A stretch of DNA of 64,000 nucleotides, from the NCBI GenBank assembly GCA_965204725.1, contig OZ242005.1, positions 2,944,001 to 3,008,000 on the forward strand, written 5' to 3'. The notes under the pieces were generated by a model. It was not told the DNA's origin. It saw only the letters and a list, made by a program, of their open reading frames with translations, and did not search any database. The position numbers were made by a program, and so were the translations under genes. This DNA is from Candidatus Latescibacterota bacterium (GTDB lineage: Bacteria; Latescibacterota; UBA2968; UBA8231). Shown one piece after another: positions 37,186 through 47,111 of this stretch (position 1 is its first letter; each line of letters opens with the position of its first letter).

Positions 37186-38508
37186 TCAGTCGCCGCCCAC
37201 GGCCAACAACCTAAATCCCCCGGCCGCCAACTCCACGGTCAAGGTTCGGCCGGCGACCGCCAAGGCCGCGCCGGTCGCTGCATCGCGGGCCGCATCCTTC
37301 TTCAGGCCCAGCACCACGCGCCGCCGCTCCCAAGTGCGCCGATTGACGACCAACACGTGGGTCTGCTGCTGGAGGTCGCCAAAAAATCCGAACTCCAAGT
37401 CTGCGTCCGCCGCGGCGACCAGTTCGTTTTTAGCGAGCGGGTCTGCGCCGGTCGCGCCGCGAAAGTACAGGCCCGCGAGCACCGGACTCAGCGCGTGTAC
37501 CTGCTCGTTGATCTTTTGCCCGGCCGCATAGCTCGCCGTAGGAGCCCCATCTCGATCGACCAACCCCTCATACCAGCGCACCTGAACCAACTCGCCGCGG
37601 GCATTGCGCACTTTTTCGCGGCCCGAGCTGTAGAGAAAATAGACGATGCCCGAGGCCCCCCGCGTCAGTGCCAACCCCACTTGGACGGAAATTTCCGCGG
37701 GCGAGGGCTTGCGATAGTACGGCTTCCCGTCCCGCGTCTCGCTGTGTACTTGCACGATGGCGTGCCAGCGTCCCCAGTGTTCGCGCAGGTGCGCGGCGAC
37801 TTGGTCGTATCCGGCGATCAACGCGCTGAGCCGACGCTGTAGGCCCGCGCCAGTGCGCGGCGCATGGCTCCTAAATACGTAGTGCTCGTGTTGGAAGATA
37901 TTGGGCGGCCCGCGCCGGCGGAAAAACGCATCGGCAAAGGCCCGGGGGTCCTCGTAGTGGTCGAGCCGCCCCACGGTGAGGGCCGGCCGCAGGGAGTCGG
38001 CGTGCCCGAGGGCTGACACGACCTCGGCGAGCGCATCGTAGTACTCTTGCTGATAATCCTCGTGCCCCACGAGATAGCCCTGCAATCCGGCCGCGCCCTC
38101 CCACTGCGCGACGAGGGCTTGCACACGCCGGGCTAGCGAGTCGGCAAAACCCGCGCCCACCGGGGAGCGCGTGGCCCAGTGTTGCAGCTTGTCGTAGGGC
38201 GTGTACCCAGGCGGCTCGTAAAAGACCGGCATCTGCAAGCCGCGGGCATTGCAAAAATCCATGGCCCACTCTTCGGCCGTTTTTCCTCCCGCCTCGGCCC
38301 GCTGCAACCACTCTAGCTGATTCAGGCCCAGTTCGACGAGCTGCTGTCGGTCCGCAGCGCTGAACCGATAGGTGTCTAGCCCGGCCGGCAGCCACGCGCC
38401 CACGACGAGGGGGCCGATGGGGGTGGGAACGGCGGGACGCTGGGGCTGGGGCTCACACCCGGCCCCGGCCAGCAACACCGCCGCGAGATAGAGGCCGTAG
38501 AACCTCAA
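37186..38508 (-). CDS. Hypothetical lipoprotein (glycoside hydrolase-like)
   Basis: Lipobox 'GAGC'; 440-aa ORF; 'ALTRGASGIVYFLY'. Confidence 0.6.
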   Translation of the reverse strand: MRFYGLYLAAVLLAGAGCEPQPQRPAVPTPIGPLVVGAWLPAGLDTYRFSAADRQQLVELGLNQLEWLQRAEAGGKTAEEWAMDFCNARGLQMPVFYEPPGYTPYDKLQHWATRSPVGAGFADSLARRVQALVAQWEGAAGLQGYLVGHEDYQQEYYDALAEVVSALGHADSLRPALTVGRLDHYEDPRAFADAFFRRRGPPNIFQHEHYVFRSHAPRTGAGLQRRLSALIAGYDQVAAHLREHWGRWHAIVQVHSETRDGKPYYRKPSPAEISVQVGLALTRGASGIVYFLYSSGREKVRNARGELVQVRWYEGLVDRDGAPTASYAAGQKINEQVHALSPVLAGLYFRGATGADPLAKNELVAAADADLEFGFFGDLQQQTHVLVVNRRTWERRRVVLGLKKDAARDAATGAALAVAGRTLTVELAAGGFRLLAVGGD

Positions 38509-38852
38509 GATTGGAGCTTGGGATTTTCTGCGTGACGCCGCCGGTCGCGTCGGGTCTTCTTGGCCAGCGTGCGTTGGAAGGACTCTTCTAAGTCAACCCC
38601 GGTCTGATTGGCGAGACATAGCAGGACGAAGAGCACGTCGGCCATCTCCATGCCGAGATCGGCTTCCTCGCCCTCCTTAAAGCTCTGCTCCCCAAAGGTG
38701 CGAGCCATGATCCGCGCCAGCTCGCCGACTTCCTCCATCAGCACGGCCGTATTGGTCAACTCGGAGAAGTAGCGCACGCCGACCTCGGCGATCCACTCTT
38801 CTACTGCCCGCTGGCAAGCGCGGAGGGTGTGCTCAGGCGCGGGCTGGTTCAT
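38505..38852 (-). CDS. MazG-like nucleotide pyrophosphohydrolase
   Basis: 'LMEEVGELAR..GEQSFK..EMADVLFVLLCLAN'. Confidence 0.9.
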   Translation of the reverse strand: MNQPAPEHTLRACQRAVEEWIAEVGVRYFSELTNTAVLMEEVGELARIMARTFGEQSFKEGEEADLGMEMADVLFVLLCLANQTGVDLEESFQRTLAKKTRRDRRRHAENPKLQS

Positions 38853-39960
38853 GGGGAACGGGGGCCAGACCGTCCTGCTGGCGTTGGGCATTGACCTCGT
38901 CCAAACGCCAAGGTACGGCCGATCCGTCGGCGCGAAAGCGCTTGTAGTAGCCGCCTTGGTTGAGGCGGGCGATGGGCATGAGCGGAGCGGCCGGCCGCAG
39001 TTCGGCTAGAGCCGCGCCATGGAGCACCGCACCGCTCGCGAGATCGACGACCTCGATTTGCTCGGGGTCAATGATGCCCAAGCCGCGGGCGTGGGCGCAT
39101 TGCAGATAGGGGGTGGCCTGCGGGTCGAGGCCCATCAGGTAGGTGGCCACGGCATCTACCTGCACTTCGTTGACGCCGGCCAAAGCCCAGCCGAGGGGGT
39201 AGTTGGCCCCTTCGTTGAACGCCGTGCCGTCGCGCCCGACCAAGCCATCGACCACCGAAAGCCGCGGAATCCCCAAGCCGCGCAACGCGACCAATAGATC
39301 GCAGAGCTTGTGATAGAAGCGGTCTTCAAAGAGGCTGAGGCCGCTCTCGGTCAGCCGCCATAGCTCCTCGGCGCAAGGCTCATCTACCGCTTGGATCGCG
39401 CACAGGTGCCGCTCGGGCTTGGCTACGATGCCCATTAGGTTTTTGATCGACAAGGTCGTGCAGCCCAAGTTGTGGCACTTGGCGAGAGGGACGTTCAAAA
39501 AGAAGGCGCAATCGGTCACTTCCCGGTACAGGGGATAGCACTCGTACACCACGCCATCGGCGACCTCAACGACGCGGGAATCCTCGTCGTCGTTCATTTC
39601 TTCGAGGCGCACGCCCCGCTCCTCGGCCATGGCGCGGTAGCCGCATCGTTCCCAAGTATGCCCGGCCGCGGCGTTTTCCCCGGACTGACCGTCGGCAACG
39701 ACCATGCGCTCGGCCGCTACGCCTTGGTTGGACAGGGCGTCGAGCAGGCCGCCGACAAATCCGGGGTGGGTGATGACGCGCTTTTCCGGTGGATAGAGCA
39801 CCGTGGCGTTGGGCTTGAGCAAGATGGTGCCTGCGGCCGGTAGCGGCACCTGTAGGGCGGCGAGGGTGCGATGGGCCAACGCCCGGTAGGTCGCAAAAGG
39901 AGCTTCGGCGCGGTCGAGGGGCGAGCGCGCTACATATACTGAGTCGGGGTGTACGAGCAT
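38833..39960 (-). CDS. DUF362 domain protein
   Basis: 'ILLKPN', 'THP', 'NVPLAKCH', 'TLSIKNLMG', 'VVDG'. Confidence 0.85.
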   Translation of the reverse strand: MLVHPDSVYVARSPLDRAEAPFATYRALAHRTLAALQVPLPAAGTILLKPNATVLYPPEKRVITHPGFVGGLLDALSNQGVAAERMVVADGQSGENAAAGHTWERCGYRAMAEERGVRLEEMNDDEDSRVVEVADGVVYECYPLYREVTDCAFFLNVPLAKCHNLGCTTLSIKNLMGIVAKPERHLCAIQAVDEPCAEELWRLTESGLSLFEDRFYHKLCDLLVALRGLGIPRLSVVDGLVGRDGTAFNEGANYPLGWALAGVNEVQVDAVATYLMGLDPQATPYLQCAHARGLGIIDPEQIEVVDLASGAVLHGAALAELRPAAPLMPIARLNQGGYYKRFRADGSAVPWRLDEVNAQRQQDGLAPVPHEPARA

Positions 39961-39987
39961 GGTGAATTCCCCTAGTGATCGGCAAGC

Positions 39988-40024
39988 AAAAGCGGCCGAG
40001 AGCCCCGAGCTCCCGACCGCTTTT
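39988..40024. terminator. Bidirectional terminator-like hairpin after murA
   Basis: aaaagcggccgagag...ctcccgaccgctttt. Confidence 0.55.
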
Positions 40025-40049
40025 AGTCGCCTTGGAGGCGCGACGCGCC

Positions 40050-41321
40050 TCAGTGCCTTTCGATGTCGGCGCCCAAGGCCCGTAGGCGGTGCTCGATGTG
40101 GGCGTGCCCGCGGTCGAGCTGGTAGAGGTTGCTGATTTCGGTGTCGCCTTCGGCCGCTAGACCGGCGAGTACGCAGGCGGCCCCAGCGCGAATGTCCATG
40201 GCCTTGACTTTGGCCCCTTTGAGCTGCGCCGGGCCATGCACCAACACTAGGCGATCCTTTTCCGGCGCGATGCGAGCGCCGAAAGAGCGCAAGGCCTTGA
40301 CGTGGCCGAGGCGATCTTCAAACACGGTCTCGCGGATGTAGCTGTCGCCTTTGGCCATGCAGGCCAAGGCTGTCATCCCGGGCTGTAGGTCGGTTGGGAA
40401 GCCGGGGTAAAAGGTGGTCACTACGTTGATCGGCGACAAGGTTTTCGGCCCGCGCACCCGCATCCAAGCCCCTTGTTCCGTCATCTCGACCCCCATCTGC
40501 TGGAGCTTGGCCTCAAAGACGTACAGGTGATCGCGGACCACGCCCTTGAGGGCGATGTCGCCGCCGGTAATCGCCCCGGCCATCATCAGGAGACCCGCGT
40601 CGAGGCGGTCGTACATGATCGTGTGCTCGGTGCCGACCAATTCGCGGACTCCCTTGATATGCACTCGCCGCGTACCCGCTCCCTCTATTTGGGCACCCAT
40701 CTTTGTGAGGAACGCGGCAAAATCGACGATCTCCGGGTCGGAGGCCGCGTTTTCAATCGCGGATTCGCCCTCTGCTAGACAGGCCGCCATCACGAGATTT
40801 TCCACCCCGGTATGGCTGGGCAAATCGCAGTACATAAAGGCCCCGGAGAGCCGCTTGGCCACCACGTCGATGCCGCCGCCGATCACGCTTTGGACTTCGG
40901 CCCCGAGCCGGGCAAAGCCGCGATAGTGATAATCCGTTGGCCGCGAGCCAATCGTGCAGCCGCCGACCTCTTGGATCCAAGCGCGGCCAAAGCGGGCCAA
41001 CAGCGGCCCGACGAAAAGCAGCGAGGCGCGAAAGCGCTTGGTCAAATCCTCGGGCAACCGGGTCTCTTTGACATCGCGGGTGTCTAGGACAGCTACTCTC
41101 TCGGTTGCATCGTAATCAACGCGGGCGCCGAGCCGACGCAGCACCGCGAGGGCGACCAATACGTCTTTGACCGGGGGGACCCGGTGCAAAACGGTTTGCC
41201 CTTCAGTGGCCAACAGCGAAGCGGCCAACATGGGCAAAGCGGCGTTTTTGGCCCCCTGAACCTCGACCTCACCTTGCAAAGGGCGGCCGCCGCGCACGAA
41301 AAGGACTTCTGTAGAACTCAT
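40050..41321 (-). CDS. murA: UDP-N-acetylglucosamine 1-carboxyvinyltransferase
   Basis: 'GAKNAALP', 'GGCTIGSRP', 'YPGFPTDLQ', 'DIRAGA', 'LDRG'. Confidence 0.95.
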   Translation of the reverse strand: MSSTEVLFVRGGRPLQGEVEVQGAKNAALPMLAASLLATEGQTVLHRVPPVKDVLVALAVLRRLGARVDYDATERVAVLDTRDVKETRLPEDLTKRFRASLLFVGPLLARFGRAWIQEVGGCTIGSRPTDYHYRGFARLGAEVQSVIGGGIDVVAKRLSGAFMYCDLPSHTGVENLVMAACLAEGESAIENAASDPEIVDFAAFLTKMGAQIEGAGTRRVHIKGVRELVGTEHTIMYDRLDAGLLMMAGAITGGDIALKGVVRDHLYVFEAKLQQMGVEMTEQGAWMRVRGPKTLSPINVVTTFYPGFPTDLQPGMTALACMAKGDSYIRETVFEDRLGHVKALRSFGARIAPEKDRLVLVHGPAQLKGAKVKAMDIRAGAACVLAGLAAEGDTEISNLYQLDRGHAHIEHRLRALGADIERH

Positions 41322-41497
41322 TGCCAATCCTAAAGTTAAGCAGGAGAGTAAATATAAAAGGTGAGGGGATAGCTCAAATGTAACGCCGGGTATTCGGTTC
41401 GTCAATCACATAGTACCGTGCTTGACAGGGAAGGGCGCGGCTCTATATTTCACCGAACGCAAAACAGCCTCTATCACGCCAGAAAGGAATCCCAATC

Positions 41498-41767
41498 ATG
41501 GCTGAAGCCCCTCACATCGTCGCCTACCTAAAGCCGGTTTGCGGCTGGAGCCGCAGCGTGCGCGAAACCTTCGCCAAGTACGGCCTCCAGTACGAGGACA
41601 AAGACATTATCAACAATCCGGCCATTTACGCTGAGATGGTGCAGAAAAGCGGCCAACCCCTCTCGCCCTGCGTCGAGATCAACGGTCAGATGCTGGCCGA
41701 TGTCGATGGCGGTGAGGTCGAGGCTTGGATGGTCGCAAACGGAATCGTCGAGCCGGTCGCGGTCTAG
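41498..41767 (+). CDS. Glutaredoxin
   Basis: 'KPVCGWS', 'SGQPLSPCVEING'. Confidence 0.85.
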   Translation: MAEAPHIVAYLKPVCGWSRSVRETFAKYGLQYEDKDIINNPAIYAEMVQKSGQPLSPCVEINGQMLADVDGGEVEAWMVANGIVEPVAV

Positions 41768-42276
41768 CGCATCCGGCTCAACACGCGCCGCATGCCCTCG
41801 CACAGGTTGGGCTGCTCGTGGTTGAGCGGCCCGCTCGCCGCTCGGCGAATCAGCGTCAACGCGCCCCATAGCCGGCCGTCGCCAGCCTTGAGGGGCAACA
41901 CGTAGCTAAAGCCGATAGACCCGTATTCAGCCCCCTCCAGCAGGAAGCGCACGACTCCTGCTGGCAGGGGGCTTTCTTCGTCGGCGCGCGTCTGTCCCAC
42001 CAGCAACAACGCGGAGTCCCCGTCCTGATCGGCGAAGGAATGCGCTTCGTCTTGCTCCAACACCCGCTGCAAGACCTCAGCCCCTGCGCCCGCCGTGTGG
42101 ACCACCCCTTGGCCGACGCGCTCATATACGATGGTGTCAGCCGCTTCAATGCCCAGCAGCAGATCCATGCCTTGGATCACGGCTTCATCGGGCGACATGG
42201 CTTCGAGCGATGCGACGATGTGTGGCGGAATTGCAGCGGGTTCGGGCATGTTAAACGGGATGATTGAGACGGGCAT
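41764..42276 (-). CDS. Hypothetical protein (GAF-like)
   Basis: 'YVLPLKAGDGRLWGALTL' strand pattern. Confidence 0.55.
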   Translation of the reverse strand: MPVSIIPFNMPEPAAIPPHIVASLEAMSPDEAVIQGMDLLLGIEAADTIVYERVGQGVVHTAGAGAEVLQRVLEQDEAHSFADQDGDSALLLVGQTRADEESPLPAGVVRFLLEGAEYGSIGFSYVLPLKAGDGRLWGALTLIRRAASGPLNHEQPNLCEGMRRVLSRMR

Positions 42277-42333
42277 GGCGCATCCTTGACAAGGCAAATG
42301 AGGGGGCTTTAATTTTTTAACGCTTCTTTGGGT

Positions 42334-42409
42334 GGCTCTTTAGCTCAGTTGGTAGAGCAGGAGACTGAAAATCTCTGTGTCCGCGGTTCGATTCCGCGAG
42401 GAGCCACCA
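42334..42409 (+). tRNA. tRNA-Phe (GAA)
   Basis: 76-nt cloverleaf: TAGCTCAGTTGGTAGAGC D-arm, CTGAAAA anticodon loop, GGTTCGATTCC T-arm, encoded CCA. Confidence 0.97.
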
Positions 42410-42423
42410 CTATTATAAACAAT

Positions 42424-42465
42424 AAACAGCCCCTTAGCTTACTCACCCAAGCGGAGGGGCTGTTT
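42424..42465. terminator. Bidirectional terminator after tRNA-Phe
   Basis: aaacagcccct...aggggctgttt. Confidence 0.7.
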
Positions 42466-42469
42466 GCAT

Positions 42470-43381
42470 TTAATCGCCCTCCTCGACCCCGCGCTTGATT
42501 TGTCCCCAGCTTGCGGCCTCCACTGCCGTAGCGGGGAGCTCGCGCACAGCGCAGCGAAATCCGACGATGATGTAGGTCGCTGAAGGCGGCAGCCCACTGC
42601 GGTCGGTAGTGCGGAGGCGATACGGGTCGCTGCTCATTGACCCGCCCCTAAGCACTCGGCTGATCCCGGCGTCTGGCCCCTGCGGGTCGCGCTCGGTGCT
42701 CTGTGCATAGTAATCCGCGCCGTACCAATCCACGACCCACTCCCAGACATTGCCCCCCATATCGTAGGCCCCATAAGGCGAGACCCCGCGCGGGTAAGAG
42801 CCTACCGGGGCCGAGTAGAAAAAGCCGTCGCGCCCATCGCCGCGCCCGCCGCCTTCGGGGCCGTAGTTGGCCCGGCTGCGGTCGATGGAATTGCCCCAAG
42901 GATAGAGGCGGCCGTCAGTGCCGCGGGCCGCCTTCTCCCACATGGCCTCGGTCGGCAACTGCATGCCAGCCCAAGTGCAATACGCCCGGGCACCGTACCA
43001 CGAGACCTCGGCGACGGGCCGCTGTTCAGACCCAGGAATCGGCGCGTAGCGCTCTCGGTCATAGCGGATCTGCGCGTCGGCGTCGTCCAGATCGAACAGC
43101 AGATGCCCTTCCCCATCTGCATTGCGGCCCCGGTCGTTCAAAAAAGCGGCGTACTGGTCGTTGTTCACTTCAAAACGGTCGATGTAGAAGTCGTCGAGAT
43201 AGACCGGGTGGACCGGCTGCTCGTCCGCCCGCCCTTCGGCCGAGCCCATCGCAAAATAACCGGCCGCGACGCGGGCCAACTCGTGTGTGGTGCCGGCCGG
43301 CGTCTGCACTTGGACTGTCTCTTGGGCTAGGGCACTTGACGCCCATACCCAAAAGCACCAGAACGCGCTGCTGCGCCCCAT
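42470..43381 (-). CDS. Formylglycine-generating enzyme (SUMF1) family secreted protein
   Basis: 'FAMGS', 'LPTEAMWEKAARG', 'DMGGNVWEW', 'RGGS', 'GFRC'; C-terminal 'AVEAASWGQIK'. Confidence 0.92.
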   Translation of the reverse strand: MGRSSAFWCFWVWASSALAQETVQVQTPAGTTHELARVAAGYFAMGSAEGRADEQPVHPVYLDDFYIDRFEVNNDQYAAFLNDRGRNADGEGHLLFDLDDADAQIRYDRERYAPIPGSEQRPVAEVSWYGARAYCTWAGMQLPTEAMWEKAARGTDGRLYPWGNSIDRSRANYGPEGGGRGDGRDGFFYSAPVGSYPRGVSPYGAYDMGGNVWEWVVDWYGADYYAQSTERDPQGPDAGISRVLRGGSMSSDPYRLRTTDRSGLPPSATYIIVGFRCAVRELPATAVEAASWGQIKRGVEEGD

Positions 43382-43471
43382 ACCGCCTCCGCTCCATGGT
43401 CTTTTTTGTCGCGAGCCGTTGACTTACCTTCTTAATACATAACTGCCATTCCCCATTCCAGCAAAAAGAAA

Positions 43472-44737
43472 TTGGTCTCCACGCATCGCGAGGCCCTGTC
43501 GCTTTTCAACCGCGACGTGCGCCTAGTGCTTTTCAGCCAAGCCCTGCTCGGCTTTACGATTTTCGGCGGCGTCTATACGGTCCTGCTCAATCTCTATCTC
43601 CTGCGCCTAGGCTACGGGCCTCAACTGATCGGCCAAGTCAACGCCGTAGGCGCGCTGTCGTTTGCCCTCTTGAGCATGCCTGCGGGCGTGTTGGCCAACC
43701 GCTGGGGGGCGCGGCGGAGCATGATCGTCGGTACGGTGGTCGCGGCCCTCGGTTTTGGCTTGTTGCCCCTCGGCGAGTTTGCTCCCCCCTCCGCGCAGCT
43801 AACTTGGATCATGGGAGCGTATGCCCTCGGCGTCCTCGGCAATACGCTCTTCCTCGTCTGCTCAATTCCCTTCCTGACCCTGATCTGTCCGCCGCGACTG
43901 CGCAACCACGTGTTCTCGACCCAAGTGGCCCTGTGGCCGCTGGCGGGTTTTGCCGGCAGCCTATGCGGTGGCCTGCTGCCCGGCCTCTTCTCCGCGCTCC
44001 TCGGCCTGCCCGAAGACCACCCGGCCCCCTACCGCTACCCGCTGCTGCTGGCCGCCGGCGTCCTATTCATCAGCGCCGGTGCTATCGCCGCAACCCGCTC
44101 CACCGCGCACAAACCGGCCGCGAGAGAACGCGGTCGAGCGACGCCCTTCCCCTGGGCCATCGTCCTCGCCTTGAGCTTGGTCACCTTCTTGCAGATGGCC
44201 GCGGAAAATAGCCTTCGCATCTTCTTCAATGTGTACATGGATGACGGCCTCGGGGCCTCCACCGCGCTGATCGGCAGTCTGACGGCCGGGGGACAGCTCC
44301 TAGCCGCCTGTACTGCGTTGGCCGCCCCCGCGCTCAGCCGGCGTTTTGGCCGGGTGCCAGTGATTACCGGGGGGGCCGGGGCGATGGTGCTGTGCCTCGT
44401 CCCCTTGGCCTTGGTCGCTCATTGGGCGGTGGCCGGAGCCGCCTGTATGGCGCTGGTCGCCCTCAGCTCGATCCGCCGCTCGGTCTATATCGTCTTTCAG
44501 CAGGAATTGGTCCCTGAGCGCTGGCGGGTCACCATGAGCTCGGCACTGACTATGGCCTACGGCATCAGCACTGCCGGCATTTCGCTCGGCGGCGGCTGGC
44601 TGATCAACGCGCTAGGGTATCGGGCGTTGTTTTTGAGCTGCGCCCTAATTACGACCGCGGGCGTGCTTTGCTTTCAGGGGTACTTCCGCATCCCGCGGGG
44701 CGAGTACGCCAACCGCCGGACAGAGGATCGTGTGTAG
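43472..44737 (+). CDS. MFS transporter
   Basis: ~12 hydrophobic segments; 'GVLANRWGARR' motif A. Confidence 0.88.
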   Translation: MVSTHREALSLFNRDVRLVLFSQALLGFTIFGGVYTVLLNLYLLRLGYGPQLIGQVNAVGALSFALLSMPAGVLANRWGARRSMIVGTVVAALGFGLLPLGEFAPPSAQLTWIMGAYALGVLGNTLFLVCSIPFLTLICPPRLRNHVFSTQVALWPLAGFAGSLCGGLLPGLFSALLGLPEDHPAPYRYPLLLAAGVLFISAGAIAATRSTAHKPAARERGRATPFPWAIVLALSLVTFLQMAAENSLRIFFNVYMDDGLGASTALIGSLTAGGQLLAACTALAAPALSRRFGRVPVITGGAGAMVLCLVPLALVAHWAVAGAACMALVALSSIRRSVYIVFQQELVPERWRVTMSSALTMAYGISTAGISLGGGWLINALGYRALFLSCALITTAGVLCFQGYFRIPRGEYANRRTEDRV

Positions 44738-44833
44738 CGGAGAACGCGCTGCCGGAAACTCAAGGCGTCCCACTTGCATCCGCAGGCCCAGATGCGAGTG
44801 GGACGCCCGCGCTGGCGTCGGGTGGATGAACGC

Positions 44834-46543
44834 CTACTCGGCGCGCAGCACCAACACCTCGTAGGCAATCGGCTCGGATACGCGCTCCATCTTCACCCCG
44901 AACTGCGTGCGCAAGTAATCGAGGGCCACATCCCAGCCCTCGGAGAAATCGACGTCGATATCTACTTGGCGCTCAAAGGGATTGTCGGCTGCGCCATCCC
45001 ATTGCAGCTCAATTTCGTCAAGGTCTCGGTCGTAGCCTTCGACTAGGTCGTTGAGCGCGGCGTTTGTGAGCATACCCCGGATCGCAGACCCGAGCAGATA
45101 CCCCGTAGCTTGGTAGTTTTCGCCATTGGTCCGAGAGCCTCCCTTGTGTGGGTTCGTTGGAAATTCAGAGCCATCTTGGGTAAAAATCCAGCGACTCCTC
45201 GTGCCCTGCCGCTGTTCCACCTCAGCGACAAAACCAAAGCGGCGGCCTAAGCGCTGGACGCGCTCGACCGGAGTTAGACGATGGCTGTAGGCAATCCGCA
45301 CGGTGTAGGGCTGGTTGGCCAGTTTCTGCGCTGGGGTCGCGGCGTTCGGGGCACTATCCGAGGCCGCCATCTCGACGCGCGGCTCCACCGGCATTTCCCC
45401 AACGGACCGCACGATTTCGGCCAGTGGGGTGCGGTGAAATTCGCGGCGCGTGATCCCGCCTGCGGTAGAAGAGGCACTGCCTGAACTGCCCTTGCTCGGA
45501 TCATCCCAAGGAGGATGGACGATGATATCCATCCCGTCTAGGGGCATGTAAAACGTCCTGTTCCACGGCACAAACGGGTCTAGTGCCAAACCGAACAGGT
45601 TTGCCTCAACGTCCGAAAGGGTCAACGGCTGGATCTCCTCATCGGCGACCGCAAAAAGCTCGCCCGCCAGCGGCACGTCGTAATCCAGATAGTTCAATTC
45701 GCTGACCAACTCCCAATCTTCTTGGCCTACATCGAGATAAACGCGGGAGTGGTTGGGCAACCGCGCCTGAGCATCTACTTCGACCTCATACCGGATATCG
45801 GCTGGGGTCTTACGCCCCAGCGAGGAGCGTTGCCAGATCGAAAAAAGCACGGTCGCCCCCCGATCCTCGTGCTCAATCTGGTAGTTCCTACGTTCTAGTT
45901 CCCCGTATTCGGGCAGTGCTAGCTGCTCGGCGAGCGCACCTATGGACCACGCCCCTTCTGCGCCGAGGTCTTTTCCATACCAGACGCCGTCCACGTAAAT
46001 CTGTGCTTTGGCGTCGTTCACCACCACCGCCCGCCGCGCCGCGCCAGTGCCTACTTCAGAGCGGAAAGAGTGCGGGGCCTTGAGCCACTGCTTCACTGGC
46101 ACCTGCTCTCCCTGTTCGCCGCGAATCCAGCCCTCTACGCGCACGGAGTTGAGCTTACGCACTTCGGCGACTACTTCGGCCCACGCAGAAGTGCTCCCTT
46201 GCCAGAGCACTCCCAACACGACCCCGGCCAGCCCGGCCGCTAGCCCCGACAAGTACACCGGCCGTGGCAGCCACTGCCAAAATGTTGTGCGCTGCGTTTT
46301 GTGCTCGCGCTCCTTCGCGTGGATCGCTTGCAGCGCGTTGGCACGAGCCGCCGCAAAGAGCGCGGGCGGCGGCTCGGCGGTGCTAATGTCGGTGCTCAGT
46401 TCCAGCACGGTACGCACCGCCTCTAAGTCGTCGGCCGCTTCCGGGTGCTCGGCCAAATAGGCTTCAATCTGGAGCGCGTCTGCGGTCGATAGCTCGCCCC
46501 GCACGTAGTCGCTCAGCTTGCTTTCAAATTCGTCTCTTAGCAT
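44834..46543 (-). CDS. Anti-sigma factor-like membrane protein with large extracytoplasmic domain
   Basis: Degenerate zf-HC2-like N-terminus ('LSDYVRGELS..IEAYLAEHPE'), one TM helix, directly downstream of the ECF sigma. Confidence 0.75.
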   Translation of the reverse strand: MLRDEFESKLSDYVRGELSTADALQIEAYLAEHPEAADDLEAVRTVLELSTDISTAEPPPALFAAARANALQAIHAKEREHKTQRTTFWQWLPRPVYLSGLAAGLAGVVLGVLWQGSTSAWAEVVAEVRKLNSVRVEGWIRGEQGEQVPVKQWLKAPHSFRSEVGTGAARRAVVVNDAKAQIYVDGVWYGKDLGAEGAWSIGALAEQLALPEYGELERRNYQIEHEDRGATVLFSIWQRSSLGRKTPADIRYEVEVDAQARLPNHSRVYLDVGQEDWELVSELNYLDYDVPLAGELFAVADEEIQPLTLSDVEANLFGLALDPFVPWNRTFYMPLDGMDIIVHPPWDDPSKGSSGSASSTAGGITRREFHRTPLAEIVRSVGEMPVEPRVEMAASDSAPNAATPAQKLANQPYTVRIAYSHRLTPVERVQRLGRRFGFVAEVEQRQGTRSRWIFTQDGSEFPTNPHKGGSRTNGENYQATGYLLGSAIRGMLTNAALNDLVEGYDRDLDEIELQWDGAADNPFERQVDIDVDFSEGWDVALDYLRTQFGVKMERVSEPIAYEVLVLRAE

Positions 46544-46548
46544 GGCGT

Positions 46549-47097
46549 TTACTCCTTGCAGTCGGCACCCATCTGGGCGCGAATTTTTTTGAGTGCTTTG
46601 TACTCGCTGGCTCTAGCCGACGCCTCGCTGCATCCTAGTCGTGCGGCGATCTCGGCAAAAGGCCAGCCTTCAAAGTTGCGCAGGGCGAAGACCATGCGCT
46701 GACGCTCGGGCAATTCGGCGGCCAAGTCGCGCACCCTGCCCATGAGCAAGCGGTGCTCGGCATCTTTGTCGGCCTTGGCTTCTACCGCGCTGGCGTCCTC
46801 TTCGCAGAGTAGCATCCGATGTTGATACCGCCGGATTTTGCAGGCCGCGTTGGTCGCCACTTGGCAAAGCCACGCCTTGGGGTGGGCGATAATCTCGCCT
46901 CGCGCACAGGCCGAGTGGAAGCGCAGGAAGGTCTCTTGAAAAACCTCCTGCGCTTCATCGGCATTGGCGACGATCTTGTAGGCGACCTTGAGCACTAAGC
47001 GTCCGTAGCGATCTACGGCTTCCGTGCTTTTGTCGGCTGGTCGGCGCAAAACTTCCTCCCTGTATGGATGTCTGAATGTCGTCGCTATAGAAGTCAT
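46549..47097 (-). CDS. ECF RNA polymerase sigma factor
   Basis: 'AQEVFQETFL', 'AWLCQVATN', 'LPERQRMVFALR..EIAARLG'. Confidence 0.92.
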   Translation of the reverse strand: MTSIATTFRHPYREEVLRRPADKSTEAVDRYGRLVLKVAYKIVANADEAQEVFQETFLRFHSACARGEIIAHPKAWLCQVATNAACKIRRYQHRMLLCEEDASAVEAKADKDAEHRLLMGRVRDLAAELPERQRMVFALRNFEGWPFAEIAARLGCSEASARASEYKALKKIRAQMGADCKE

Positions 47098-47111
47098 AGC
47101 CTAACGTCCGA

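Noticed and set aside
42334-42470. tRNA-Phe as an integration site
   Set aside because: No integrase nearby and no duplicated tRNA 3' end seen in the window.
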